From the NCBI GenBank assembly GCA_051453625.1, contig JBOZIK010000001.1:48614853-48651290 (forward strand): a DNA stretch of 36,438 bases, written 5' to 3'. Below are positions 1 to 12,127 of this stretch, in pieces. Numbering within the stretch: the first letter of the stretch is position 1; every line of letters starts with the position of its first letter. This DNA comes from Welwitschia mirabilis (lineage: Eukaryota). Both the position numbers and the translations under genes were made by a program. A model generated the notes under the pieces. The model did no database searches. It was not told the origin of the DNA and saw only the letters and a list, made by a program, of their open reading frames with translations.

Positions 1-643
1 GTTTATTAAGGTATAATCATATTTTAGAGTTACCTTATTTAGATTACAATAATAAATACTAATCCTAATTTGGCCATCCTTCTTTGGAGCAACCACCATA
101 TTTGATAGTCAATCTAAATATTCTACTGGTCATATGAAACCATCAGTTAAAAGGTATTCTAAGTCTCACTTTATCACTAATAGTAGGCAAGGTTTACATT
201 TTCTAATCCTTTGCTTCACTAGGGTTGAATTTGATTTTAGAATGATGCTATGTATAATACTTGACTTGGCAATGCCTACCATATCCTTATCAAGTAAAAA
301 TATCTTTATTAGATGATAACACATTTTCAAGCTTGGACTTGATTGATTGTGATAGATTTTGATTGATCTTCAATGACTTCTCGTAGTTAGTGGAATGTAT
401 TGCAAAATCATATGTCACAACATCTTGTTACTTCACTAGAGATAATTTCATCTTTTTAGGTTTAATCATTTCAAACGCTTTGGTATTTCTAATTGTTTAA
501 TCTTAATTTAAGAAGATATTAGGTTTCTCTAGGAATTTGTCAAAGTCAAAGTCTATAAGATTAAGATTATTGTACCTTGCAATGAGCTGACCAGTGGGGG
601 TAACATGCAAAGAAGAGTCCAATAACTTCCTCATCATGGTACC
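1..643 (-). pseudogene. pol: Reverse transcriptase N-terminal part and preceding linker (Tat/Ogre type)
   Basis: Manual translation of ~154-1 gives LLTDGFI*PVEYLD*LSNMVVAPKKDGQIRISIYYCNLNKVTLKYDY. Upstream, NKDIFT..KDMVGIAKSSIIHSI resembles DVFAWSYKDMPGID. Confidence 0.88.
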
Positions 644-751
644 CTATAATGTTAAGGGTTATGATAAGAATGAATGGCAAAATTAAACAAAAGGTGGTAC
701 CCTATAAGATCAAGGGTTATGATAAGAATGAATGGTAAAATTGAACAAAAG
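637..751. repeat. Two-copy 58-bp tandem duplication
   Basis: tggtaccctataatgttaagggttatgataagaatgaatggcaaaattaaacaaaag starts at 637. A near-identical copy starts at 695. Confidence 0.95.
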
Positions 752-950
752 AAAAATGCAAAAGAACATAGCTAGTTGTTATGACTAAAGGGATTACATG
801 CAAAGCATCAAATGTTTAACTTGTAAATAGATTTTTTCCCTCTTTTTTTTTTTGGTTTTTAGTTTTATATATACATATATATACATACATATATTTTTTT
901 AAATTTTTTATTTTTAAAAGAAATATTATTTATTTATTTTTCTTCTTTTT
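644..950 (-). other. Putative Ogre-type intron/non-coding spacer between protease and RT
   Basis: Very AT-rich with TA microsatellite and A/T runs. On the minus strand it ends in a pyrimidine-rich tract plus ccttaac...ttatag|ggtacc, followed by coding-like sequence. No donor site was identified, so the right boundary is approximate. Confidence 0.5.
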
Positions 951-1189
951 CCTCGAGAGATAGGATTATGGACCAATGGAAAACTCTTCAAGGACGAATG
1001 AAATCCATCTTGCATCAAGAACTTAGGTATCGATAGTTGATGAGACCTTCATCTTATGAGGATCTACTAGATTATATTAAAAATGCAAAAAGGAAATTGT
1101 CCTCTTTTCAAGCATAGGAAGTGATGAAGAAGAGGATGAAGTGGATGGAACCTTTGCATTCACCATTGTGTGGGTTCTCTCTAATGGCA

Positions 1190-1540
1190 CTGACATTTTT
1201 TAATCAATGAACTTTAACTTCTAATGTGGTAAAGATATAATTTTCCCTATGTCCATTATCTAAGGATATCCCAAAAGTAAGTTGAATTCTATTGCATTTT
1301 CAATTACATGGAGCTTAGTATCTTTAACTTTTTGAGTCACTTCAATAGGAAAAGTAACTCTTTCTCTTGATTTATCTTCATGGTCATTAAAGCCTCTAAT
1401 TTTCATGCTATTCTTTAAATTTAAGATATCATACATGTTGAGCTTCTTGACTTATCACATTTAACTTGGCTCTACAATTGACGAAGGCCTTACTCACCTT
1501 CATGGATTCAATATTCATTGAAATATAAGGTGGTTTAGTT
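1190..1540 (-). pseudogene. pol: Retroviral-like aspartic protease (Tat/Ogre type), decayed
   Basis: ORF 1429..1611 has KPPYISMNIESMKVSKAFVNCRAKLNVIS (~KPLYI...ALVDxGASLNV). Further along is LHVIENAIEFNLLLGYP...LPH*KLKF (~YNLLLGRPW...STLHQKLKF). Confidence 0.8.
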
Positions 1541-1899
1541 ATTATTATCTTTCTTAGGTATGGTGTAAATCTCTTCATGTTTGAATTGGATTTTCTCTTC
1601 ATTCTCTTCACTCTTTTGAATGCTTACCTATTTGGAGGTGGCTTCTTCTTTGGGCAGTGAGCTTAGGCTCAACCGTTCTTTCCATACTCTCTTAAATGCT
1701 AGGCTATGAGGCTTAAAGTTCTGAAGTAATAAAGTAAGATAATAATAAGATTCCTCTACTGAGGGTGTTTGTGATTACATTACACATGAGTCTAAGGAGT
1801 AGCATGAGCCTGAGAGTACTCCCTTCANNNNNNNNNNTTATGACTTATAATTTCTCTTTGTTTTCTTTAATTATTTGATCCAATGTTTTTGTAGATTGA

Positions 1900-3490
1900 T
1901 CGTAGATCACTAGGATTACAAGAGGATCATTTTTGTTTTGAAACACTACATTTTGTGGTGGTTGTGACATATAAAGTTAAGGCAGAAAAGGGTTCTTATA
2001 TATCTCAAGCTATTCATTTATAACTACTAGGATTGCATCAAATTTTATGTCTTTCTTATTTTTAATGATGTCTTGAATAATGTGTATCAAGTTGAAACAA
2101 TTTTTAGTGTGATGTCCTATGATCTTGTGATACCCATAGTACTTTAACTTATTATATTCTTTTTTTTTTAGAGCATTAGGACCCATTTGCTTGATTCGAG
2201 GCAACTGGATTGCTTCCTTTTTTTAAACAAGGTTAAGAGGATTTGTTCGATTGAGATTCTTAACTTTGTGAAGTTACTTCTAGGCTTAGGGGCTGAGGTT
2301 TTGTCTTGATATGCATTTTGGTTTTGGGATTGAGCCATGTATAACCATTATTGGATTTGTGCTGGTGGTAAGCATTGCATTGGTTGTGGTGGCAGGTAAT
2401 AGATTCCATTAAAATATATTCACAAAGCAAAGGCTTACAAGACAATGAGGGATTGAGATGGCATTAGTGCTTCCATTAGGTTTCTAATTAGTTGAGATAG
2501 GTAAATTGGCTGATAAGATTAATGGATAATGATGACATTCTTTGGATTATTACCTCTGTTGTTATTATTATCCTTTCCAGATGGTTCTCTTTAAGAGGTG
2601 TTGCCATGTTTCATGCCTCCCTTTTCTTCTATTATGACTTCAATTCATTTCTTTAGGTTTACTGCTTATTTGACAATCTCAAATGATTGCATTCTTAGGT
2701 GTTCAGATACATATGAAGTGCACGATTTGGTGAATAGGTATACTATCTTAAAGTCTATGATGGGAGTTTCCAAATCTAATGCATTGACTCTTTATCATCA
2801 TATATATCCTTGCATGTCTCATTAGATTGTTGTCACTTGTTTTTTAGCATGTCTGGAGTTACTCATTTCAAGATGTTAATTAAAGAATTTTAGACAAACG
2901 TTTCTAAGAGTTATTTTAAACTCATGACGTAATGAGGAGGTATGCAATGATACCACTCAAGGATAAGTCTCTTCCAAGACTAGTAAAATAAATTATAAGT
3001 AGTATTATGATTGATATTATACATGTGAAACATGTATTCGTAGTTTCTGACATGCATGATGGGATCCTATACACTAGTAAAATTTTTGAAGTGAGGCATT
3101 TCATTTGGGAAAAGGATCTTAGCAGGTATAAAGGGGTGAATTGAGGTGTCATCAAAATCTAAGTTTAAGTTATCTTTTTTGATCCAAAGGCCTTGCTTTA
3201 GATCATTAATGATCTTTCAAATGATTATTAGGTCTTTTTGATTATGAGCTTTATTTCTGGTGCGACAATTTCTTAGTGGTTTTTCTCCATGAGTTGAGTA
3301 CTTAAAGAGGTTGTCATCATCGACATCTTTTTTGGAATCACATGTTTAGGCTTTTTAAGGGGCTATGACATTCCTTTATGACAACATTCATTTACAAATT
3401 CTTCATTGTTTTCTCCCTCGTAAGAAGCTTAATCTCATGAGTTTCACTCCTTTCTTAACTAGTTAACCTTAACCTCTTAGATATCATAGC
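1900..3490 (-). pseudogene. gag: Gag (Retrotrans_gag domain plus Tat/Ogre His/Cys box), decayed
   Basis: ~3110-2890 reads MPHFKNFTSV*DPIMHVRNYEYMF...LEWYHCIPPH. ORF 2010..2204 has YYGYHKIIGHHTKNCFNLIHIIQDII (~CxYHxxxGHxTExCxxLKxxIQDLI). Confidence 0.8.
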
Positions 3491-3589
3491 ATAAACCCCC
3501 TCACTAGAGTGGATAAGGTGCAAGTTCCAATAATTTTTATAATTTATGATGGTGTGAAATTCATTCGGAATGAGGGTGGAAGGGTCTTA

Positions 3590-4400
3590 TTGGATAAGGA
3601 CTTTTTGTTTATCAGTCTCAATCCCATTTTAAAAAATCTTATGCTTGAGGACAATTCTATTAGTGATCATGAGAAGATTTTTAGACAAACTAAGTTTAAG
3701 CCTTTTTTTTTTTTTAACATTTTTCTAGGACCTTTTCTAATCTATCTAATCATTTCTTAAAACTATTTCTGGACATTAAAAATTCATCCATAAATATCTC
3801 CATTGATTTTCCTATCATATCTTGAAATATACTCTTCACTAACATTTGGAATGTGGAAAGAGCACAACATAATTCAAGTGGTAATATTTTATAAGCATAA
3901 GTGCTTTAATAATAGGTGAAAATATTTTAGCTTAATCTTCTAAAGCTATTAAAACTTGATTGTATCTACTGTATCCATTAAGAAAACTATAGTATTGATG
4001 ATTAGCTATTATTTCCAAGACTTGATCCATAAAATGTAAAGAGTAATGTTTATAACTTACTATATTTAACATTTAAAATTTTATCCACACTCTCCATTTG
4101 CTTTCTATTTTTGGTATTACAATAATAAGACAAATATCCTCTAGGTCTTATATAAGGTAAATGTTTCCAACATTTAAGAGTTTGGAAATTTCTTATTTAA
4201 TTACTTCTCATATATGTGGATTACGTCTTCTTTTAAATTATCATCTTGGTTTGATGGAAGTATCTAAATAAATCTTATGTTGACATGTTCCTAGATCTAT
4301 TCCTAATATATCAGTTTGATCCTAAGTAAAGGATCCCGTTTTTCTTACTAAAATTTTTTAAGTTTCCTTTTTTAAAAATAAGTTAAATTATTGTTAATGA
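3590..4400 (-). pseudogene. pol: Reverse transcriptase (Athila-like motifs), truncated before RNase H
   Basis: TDILGIDLGTCQHKIYL; KWRVWI; HFMDQVLEIIANHQYYSFLNGYSRYNQVLIALED; catalytic box MEIFMDEF at ~3780-3803; IVLKHKIF*NGIETDKQKV ending at ~3595. Confidence 0.9.
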
Positions 4401-4789
4401 TAAGAGGTTTTTGAGCTACATCCATATACTCTAATTGTTTTTTGAGTGGAGGTTTTTTGATCTCTTAAGGTATTAGGCTCTCTTCTTTGGGGGGGGGGGG
4501 GGGGGGNNNNNNNNNNNNNNNNNNNNNNNNNNNNNNNNNNNNNNNNNNNNNNNNNNNNNNNNNNNNNNNNNNNNNNNNNNNNNNNNNNNNNNNNNNNNNN
4601 NNNNNNTTTTTGATCTTTTATGGTATTAGGCTCTCTTATTTGTTCGTTGCCCCACACCACACTTTTTTTTTTAATCACATGAACTTCTTGAGTTAAAAGA
4701 ATATTAATCCTAGCTTTCACACTATATCTCATATCCTCTAATACTATACCTTAAGATAATTTAATTTCTTGCTTTAATTCTTATAGACT

Positions 4790-5140
4790 AATTTATATAA
4801 CCCTTTTTCTAGAATAAATAATTGCATTTATAGTGTCCATCCATGATCTCCCTAAAATGACTACATGAGTATATCTCTAGGTTTTCATTTCTAGTGTATA
4901 TATTAAATAAATAAACTCTTAGAGTTTAATTAGTATATCTTTAAGAATTCCTTCAGATGCTACTATAAAACCATCTACTAAATATACTTTTCTATGATAG
5001 CATGCTAATTTTGGCTTTCTTAAATCTTCATATGTTTTGTACACCATAACATTGACACTATTTCCAAAATCAACTAAGGCTTTCACTTTAATTTTATTGT
5101 CAATCATTAGTGTTTAAGGATTGCTATATTTCTCATATTA
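4790..5140 (-). pseudogene. pol: Aspartic protease, decayed
   Basis: ORF 4919..5107 has KALVDFGNSVNVM...LVDG...EGILKDILIKL, followed by VILGRSWMDTINAII. Confidence 0.88.
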
Positions 5141-5699
5141 TCTATTTTAAAGGACTTCTCTATAAGCCCAAGAAGCTTAGTCCTTTTTTTTTTGTTTTAA
5201 ACCATACTAGTACATGAGTACATCCTTTAGAACTTTTATGACTAGTAATGCTACTAAAGTATTTTCTAAGGCCTTTGCTAGGTATTAAATATCTCTCTCA
5301 ATCTTAGGATGCTCTAACTTCTTACTTCTTATTAGGAAGGGTAAAGTTTCAGATTGCTTTTCATAATGTCATCACTCCTATGTTGTTTTCACTAAAGTCT
5401 TATCTTTTCCTCCTTCTTTTAGATTTCTAACCAATTACTTTAGATTTTCTGAATCTTGTAGTTATAGCATGAGTAGTTCATTCCCTACGACTAGGTTATG
5501 GTTGAGTAAGGATTTTCCCTCCTTTTTTACAACTTTCTACTTCTTGTTTTTTTTCATCATAATCTTTATTTATCCAATTTCTATAGTATTTCATTTGTTG
5601 TTGTCTTTTAAAGATGACATATTTTAGAAGGATTTTACTATTCCATTTCTTATTTTGACAAGGAAGTGGTTTTATTCTAGCTTAAGATTAGTTTCTAAA

Positions 5700-6500
5700 A
5701 TTAAGGTCTAGCCTATTTATGTCTAGTAATTGAACAAATTCTTATAGTCAAGGCAATATATTCCATCATGATCATCTTCATCACAATGTTCATAAATAGG
5801 TCTCTTATCACATTTTAAATGTTGAATGACTAATTTATCAAAGTTTTCAATCATACTATCAGTTAGCTCTTTTGCAACTTCCTCCATTAGACTAGTGTAT
5901 TTACAACTATACAAATTGCCTTCTACATTTCTACTCTTTTCTTCTTTTTTTCCTATGTCCATCCTTGATTCATGTTAAAAAATTGGGTAATGCCCTCTTC
6001 TATCTCTTGTAAGTTTTTTGTTTTAATACTCTCTCTATATAATAATTTTAATTCATTTAAGATTTGGTTCTATAATCTTCTAAGTAACGCTCTTACTCTT
6101 TCTCTAGCTGGAATCCTATGTTTATAATATTTAGCAAGTAATATATTATATTTATTCCTAAATTCATCAAACGTTTCATTATCTTGCTATTTGATATTCA
6201 AGATTTATTCTCTTAGATCTTCCACTATCCTCATTAGTTGAAATTTATCTAGAGAGGTAGGATTACCCAAGAACTAAAATTATGGTTAGGATTTCTACGA
6301 TATAATAATTAAGCCTCTTCCTTTTTTTAAAAAAAAAAGAGAGAAAAGTACCTTAAGTGACTAAATTCTGAGTCTAGACTTTTAGCTTTTTAAAAGAATT
6401 AAAAAGACTTAGATGGAGTAATGGTTCCTTAGATATATTTCTTTTAAAGATGGATACAGATGTAATATTTATATCTCTAAGTTTATTAGGGAACCCTAAG
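5700..6500 (-). pseudogene. gag: Gag with remnant zinc knuckle, decayed
   Basis: PSFKGNISKEPLLHL at ~6455-6410; ILNIK*QDNETFDEF; ORF 5723..5962 has YEHCDEDDHDGIYC (degenerate Cx2Cx4Hx4C). Confidence 0.65.
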
Positions 6501-6909
6501 GCCTTAGGATTGATAGCACTTAAATGCTCTAACCAATGTGTTTCATAATTTAAAGATCTAGAGTCCTCATCATCTTTTCAATAACATTTTGTTACAAATT
6601 TTTACCTGCCTTAGATGTATTAAAATATTCTTATTAAATTACAAGTGTTTTGAGAAAGGTATACAATCATTATTTCATGTCCATCATTAGTTAAGAAAAG
6701 ACCTATTCTTTAACTACTTTTCCTAAGATGGTTTCATCGATATCAAAATCTTTCTCCTTAATTTCCATTTTGATCTTATTCTCTTATCATTCATCTAAGT
6801 TATATTTTTTAGGGCTCTCGACAAACCTCCCTTTCTCATCTCATCATTTTCTTTAGCTATCTTTCTAAATTACAGGCTTTGGTATCTTAGTTAGTTGGCT
6901 TAAAGATGG

Positions 6910-6926
6910 CCCTCCTCCTAGCATTA
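6910..6926 (-). promoter_or_regulatory. Primer-binding site, tRNA-Asn-like (degenerate)
   Basis: Plus strand ccctcctcctagcatta matches 13/17 to the plant tRNA-Asn 3' end as I recall it (CCCTCCTTCTAGCGCCA), and all mismatches are transitions. It lies 3 nt from a minus-strand ..CA LTR end at 6930. Confidence 0.6.
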
Positions 6927-6929
6927 AAA

Positions 6930-7900
6930 TGACAAAAGTTTCTTATTAGGGTAATAATCCAAACATAGTAGAATTTATGCTAGAAAAATTGGAAAAAAAA
7001 TTATTAACCTAAAGTAAGGTTAAGTCATTTAACTAAAAATAAAGATTTACTTTAAGAACTAACTAAAATGGCAAATTCTCAATTAGCTTAGTTTAAATTG
7101 TGTTTATAAGATAAGTTCTTGTAAACATTCAACTTGAATGGTTTATACACACATACACACTCTCACACATATACATATAGATACATTTATAAGTTAAGAA
7201 CGAGCTTATTACTATTTTATGAAAACTTTATTAGCCTATTATTTTGGTTACTAACAGTAACCTTTGTGAAATCTAGTGCTTCCACAAACCCTATCAAGAT
7301 TAGGTTTTATAACAATACAACACTTACTTGTTTATATACATAGAATATATTGTGGGGAATTTGTAAAGACATAATAAAGTAAAATTGAATAACACTTATT
7401 TATAAGCACTATTATATACTCAGTATCTATCCAACTATAGATACTAGATCAAGAAAGTAAAAATATTGCTTTTTCAATAGTATCACTTCTTACAATACTT
7501 TTCAATATGAAATTTCATGAGAAATAGATAGCCTTTCATATTATAGTAATCTCCTTTTTAAGTAATAGTGGAGCTTGGAAGACACTTACTGCTCTCTCTA
7601 GAATACATAGCAATTTCTTCCTTCTTTTGATCCTTAGATTAGTATTTCCACTCTTATTCTTATTAAAAAATCCCTCCTTCTTCCTTTCCTATCTTTGTTA
7701 TTCTTGTCCTCTAACTTACTCCTTGGTAGTTTATATTGTAGCCCCTTCGAGAAGCCACATGGAAAAAAGTAGTTTCTTCTTTTTAAGAATTCAGCTCTCA
7801 GCATGTATTTATCACATGGCATCCTGTACCTATAATAACTATAATAGTGCATATACATACTAAATAGTAATAATAAATTTACTAAAAGAATATTTAGTTA
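6930..7900 (-). repeat. 5' LTR of element 2 (distal boundary uncertain)
   Basis: Begins at TG 6930 next to the PBS. Non-coding, with a minus-strand TATA-like TATAAAC at ~7729-7735 and a CA/TA microsatellite at 7144-7186. There is no partner LTR in the window. Confidence 0.5.
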
Positions 7901-7949
7901 ATAGAAAATAAAAGGTATTTATTAATAACAAAAGTTATAAAAACATCAT

Positions 7950-9137
7950 CTTTAATGTACAAATTTTCTACTATTCATTAGTATAATCAAACTAACATAA
8001 ACTAGGCAAGTATCCAATATCATTCTTCCATTAGGATAATTAAGGTAAAAAATAATAAAAGTAACATATATTATCAAGTTGTCATGGCTCAAGTTATGGT
8101 AAAATAACTACATTCACTATATGACTCTCAGTGAATTTAATAGTTACTTTGATCCTTCATAGCCTTGTCATAAGCATAAAAAGTAAGACTACTATACTCA
8201 AAATCCATCAAATAAAAGTAGCTACAACTAATAAGCTAGCTTAAAAGAATTCACTTGCTTATTAAAAGAACTTAATAAAGTAGTTTCACTTAACTATTAG
8301 AAGCATGAGGTGACTTACAACTCAAAATCCAAAATCAGCAACTACTTTTATTAAATTAGGAAAGAACATTACATTAAAGAAAGAAGATTAGGCTAATATT
8401 AACTCCTCAAACTAGCCTCAAAACAAGTCTATTGTCAAAGAAGTGCTTAGAAGGCCATGTCGACTCTGATGCTTAAAGGATTCTAACTACGTTCACCAAT
8501 CAAGGATTCTTTATAATAAAGTCATAAGGCTCTTTTATAAGTTAGTATGAGGTAGAAGTGGTTGAAAGCCTTTGGTTTGTAGCAGTAGATTGATATTTAT
8601 AATGTTTGTTATGTAGCTTTAGGTAGCATCTTTCTCATCTTATGTTAGTTGAAGACCGTTATGATCATTTAAGCATGTGGCCTTTGGATCCTCATGCTTC
8701 TATCAACTGATGCTATTACCATGTGTCTTCAACATCATCTCATGTAACATTACCACATGTCACTGCTATGTTTCTTCTATGCCACTATTACATGCCATTT
8801 AAGATGCCAGTTATTTTTAATGTAATAACTATTTAAGTCCATAATTGCATTTTGATCATTTTTTCATGATAGTTCCAGAATGTATATTTTGAACTATTTT
8901 ACTTCAAAAAACCAAATGGCGATGCTACCATTTTCTATCGGATGACTTTCAACTTTTAGCATGTCCTTCAAAATGTAATATATACCCTAAAAATTTCATG
9001 AAAAGTGATAAGTTTAGAAATCATGTTAAAAAGGATAGAAGATAGAGTTTTATGATAAAATGATTATTTTAATGTCTTTGCCTAAGCTAAATTTGTTAAA
9101 TAAACTTGACCTAAATATTAACTTTTAGATGTTAACA
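7950..9137 (-). repeat. 3' LTR of Athila-like host element H
   Basis: Ends in TGTTAACA (9130-9137), the same terminus as the LTRs of A. It is followed by a PPT-like tract and 3' region homologous to 11150 onward. Patchy similarity to LTR-A; left boundary approximate. Confidence 0.6.
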
Positions 9138-9931
9138 CATCTCTCACTAGAGTTTTTCTAGACTCTTAGAAAAAAGTATTGAAAAAATGATCTAACTTGG
9201 AAATATTCTAAGGAAAAATATTCTAGTATGAAAAAGTGATATAACTTTTAAAATTTTTTTACAAATCTTTTTAAAAAATATGGCATTTAATTCATAAAAA
9301 TTTTTTAGAAAGGGATGTCATACCTTCTAATCAAAACTAAACTTTGTCCTTGAAGTCTTAAGATAGAAAATGATAACACAATTTTAAGAACATACCCTTA
9401 GAAAATATCTTTCATAACATGTCCTTTTATTGAAAAATGAAAAAATGTAAAGTAATGTAACTAAGTGACGATATAAAAAAAGGAAACTATATAATGAGAA
9501 ATCACCATCTTTATCTTTTAAACTAAGTAGAAAGCTAGTTCATAGAAATACCTATGCCTCATATGTTATTTCTTATGACATGGGGTTGAAGTGGAATGGA
9601 TGGTGAAAATGGAAAATGATAGTATAGAAATGGACTCTACCATACAACCTATGAATAAAAGAGATAACTTACATAACACAGTAGCCTTGTATAGTGGATC
9701 TTGATATTAAATAAGCATAGTATTGATGAAATAACTTATGAAAAATCAAGAATTAGTAGTAAACCTCAAGTAAAAAAGTTAAAGAAAATAGAACTTAGAA
9801 GGCCTTCAATCCTCACACACCACCCTTAGTTCACCTTTTCTACAATTACACATGTCCCTTATTTCAAGAAGTTTCAATCACATTGAGCATCCAGTATTAT
9901 GATATTTTCTTTTAATAAAATTATACATGTT
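9138..9931 (-). mobile_element. 3' non-coding region of host element H, left part
   Basis: Colinear similarity to 11150-11935 and 19301-19995 (e.g. cacattgagcatccagtattatgatattttct). It continues seamlessly at 26449. Confidence 0.8.
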
Positions 9932-11149
9932 TGATTAAATTTGTGGTATAATGTTTGGATTTAAAACTAAGTTCGAAACTTAGTTATTGTTCTTCCTTAG
10001 AGATAACAATGGGTATTGGCTATAATTTCACTAATTTTAATTTTAATGCAAGATACAAAAATCAAAATAAAGAGAAGAAGAGATGAAATGATTTTTAGAG
10101 TTTGAACTTCATCTGAGAGAGGAGGAAAACAAACTAGCTCAAAGATATCACCAATTTATCCAAAGTAGTTCTTCACTCCAATGTTATTCAATTGGCTTCC
10201 TGTAAAATAATTAAAACCATTAAGTTCTATTGGTCTAATTTATAAGGCATAATCTCATTCACCATATGATAAATGACTAATCTAACAAACATCTAAGTCT
10301 TAAATAACAATAGAAAATAAAAACCCCTAAAGTACTCAAGGTCTATGAAATTAAAAGATTAAGTGATAAAGTGGAATTCACACAACTAAACTAAACTTGG
10401 TAGTTAAATAAGTTAACTAAGCATCCTAATTATGATATTACTCATGAATCAAAATAAGAGAAAAACAACTTTTGTATCACAGAAAGAACAACTTTACAGA
10501 AAGAAAGAAGCAGGAAGAACTTCTCAAGCAATCCTTAAAGACTAGCCCACTCCCATAAAGAGTTGCCTAGAAAGCCATCATACATTATTCTCCAAAGTCT
10601 CCAATTTTATTAAGGCAAAGATAAATATAGTGAAGGGTTCAAGGATCTTTTATAAAGAGAGATAAGAGTGAGAGAGGATTTTACTTTTGGCTTCTAGCAT
10701 TATGTAGATTCTTCATCATTTAGCGTTAGGTAGATAAAATTTTATCTTGCAATGTTAAGTAGATTAGATTCTATCCTCTAGCATTATGAATAATCTTTAT
10801 CATTTAGCATTTAGTGGAGGTTATCTTATTGTATTTGGTTGAGATCGTTACGTAGCTCTAATGCCACCTCCACATGCCTTTGTTACATGTCTTCAAATGC
10901 TTTTGCTACATGTCACCACCTCATATCCCCATTGCCATCTTGATTTTGTGCATAATCATTTCCATCTTCCATCATGTGCTCCAAAACATAGCTAAATATT
11001 TATAGTTATTATGAATAAAATCATAATATTAAATTTTATTTTAAAAACAATAGAAGACATATTTTATGATTAAAATAATTAAATTAATGTCTTTATTTAC
11101 AATAAATTAATTGAAACATGATATACATGTTGACTTTTACATGTTAACA
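9932..11149 (-). repeat. 3' LTR of element A (~1.2 kb)
   Basis: TGATTAAA...TGTTAACA, colinear with 25227-26448 over its full length. Confidence 0.92.
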
Positions 11150-11163
11150 CACCCCCTAACTAG
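11150..11163 (-). promoter_or_regulatory. Polypurine-tract-like site of element A
   Basis: Minus strand ctagttagggggtg lies immediately before the LTR start TGTTAACA. Confidence 0.65.
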
Positions 11164-12077
11164 TCTTTTACTACTACCTTATCAAAAAGTCAATAATAAA
11201 ATGGTTAAACATGGAAAAATTGTTTGCATCAAAAGCACGTCAAGTGTTCAAATGATAATACTTAAAACTTTTGTGACCAATTTTATGTAATTAAGGCATC
11301 AAAGTAAAAATTTTAGTGAAAATCAAGATGTCATACCCACTAAACAAAACTAAACTTTGTCCTCAAAGTTTATGGTGAAAATGTTAAGTTATTTAAGAAC
11401 ATAGATGTAGATAGGTCACGAAAAGTTCTTTTATTGAAAATAATGTAAATTAAGATAAGAAAAAAGATAATCTATTTATAACTAAACATGTGCTAAGTGG
11501 AAAAACTATTCATAAAAATGGTTAATGCCTTAAGAGTTATTTCTTATGAAAATAATATAAAGCGGAATGTAGTGAAGTGATGTGAGGTAAATGAGGTGAA
11601 AAATGAGAGAATGAAGTAAAACCAAAAACCAATGAATAAATGAGTGAACTATCCTAAGTTATTAGCCCTTTATTATTTTTTTGTATTTTTTAGTGGATCA
11701 CATTATCAACCAAGTTAAGTTTTAATTAAGTAACCTTTAGCGATCGAAGGAATCGATGCAATTCCTAAGTATCAAAGTTAAGAAACTATGGTTCACACTA
11801 GGCCTTTAATTCCCATCTTTTTATTCCTTTATTTTCCATTTCCACCTTTACATATGTCCTTAATATTATGCCTTTAAACCACATTGAGCATCCAATATTA
11901 CAACATTTTCTACTAATAGAGTTAAGCATGTTATATTATGCATAAATCAATGCTACATTGCCACTGAGCGTTTATAGNNNNNNNNNNNNNNNNNNNNNNN
12001 NNNNNNNNNNNNNNNNNNNNNNNNNNNNNNNNNNNNNNNNNNNNNNNNNNNNNNNNNNNNNNNNNNNNNNNNNNNNN

Positions 12078-12127
12078 TAAATTGGCTGGAAACACTTGAT
12101 ACAAATGTCAATATTTATATATTAACA
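12078..12127 (-). repeat. Terminal fragment of a third LTR-A copy, abutting an N gap
   Basis: aaattggctggaaacacttgatacaaatgtcaatatttatatattaaca matches 26400-26448, and is followed again by the PPT and 3' region. Confidence 0.8.

Larger units (their letters stand above)
1..3590 (-). mobile_element. Decayed Ty3/gypsy Tat/Ogre-like LTR retrotransposon internal region (element 1); runs off the left window edge, 5' part lost
   Basis: Minus-strand order is gag (~3490-1900), protease (~1540-1190), AT-rich intron-like spacer, then RT start. The motifs are Tat/Ogre-like. No LTR or PBS is visible. Confidence 0.85.
3590..7900 (-). mobile_element. 5' half of a decayed non-chromoviral Ty3/gypsy element (element 2): LTR, PBS, gag, PR, truncated RT
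   Basis: Domain order on the minus strand, plus an LTR end (..TGTCA) next to a PBS at 6910-6930. The right boundary is approximate. Confidence 0.8.

Noticed and set aside
4453-4650. Poly-G run and ~35-bp repeat either side of the 4507-4606 gap; ORFs 4394..4732 and 4487..4696
   Set aside because: The same sequence flanks both sides of an N gap with a terminal G run, typical of a contig-end or sequencing artefact. The ORFs exist only by reading through N.
6910-6926. tRNA-like sequence (also 13382, 25204, 35038)
   Set aside because: These are only 17-19-nt matches to tRNA 3' ends beside LTR termini, so they are PBSs rather than tRNA genes.
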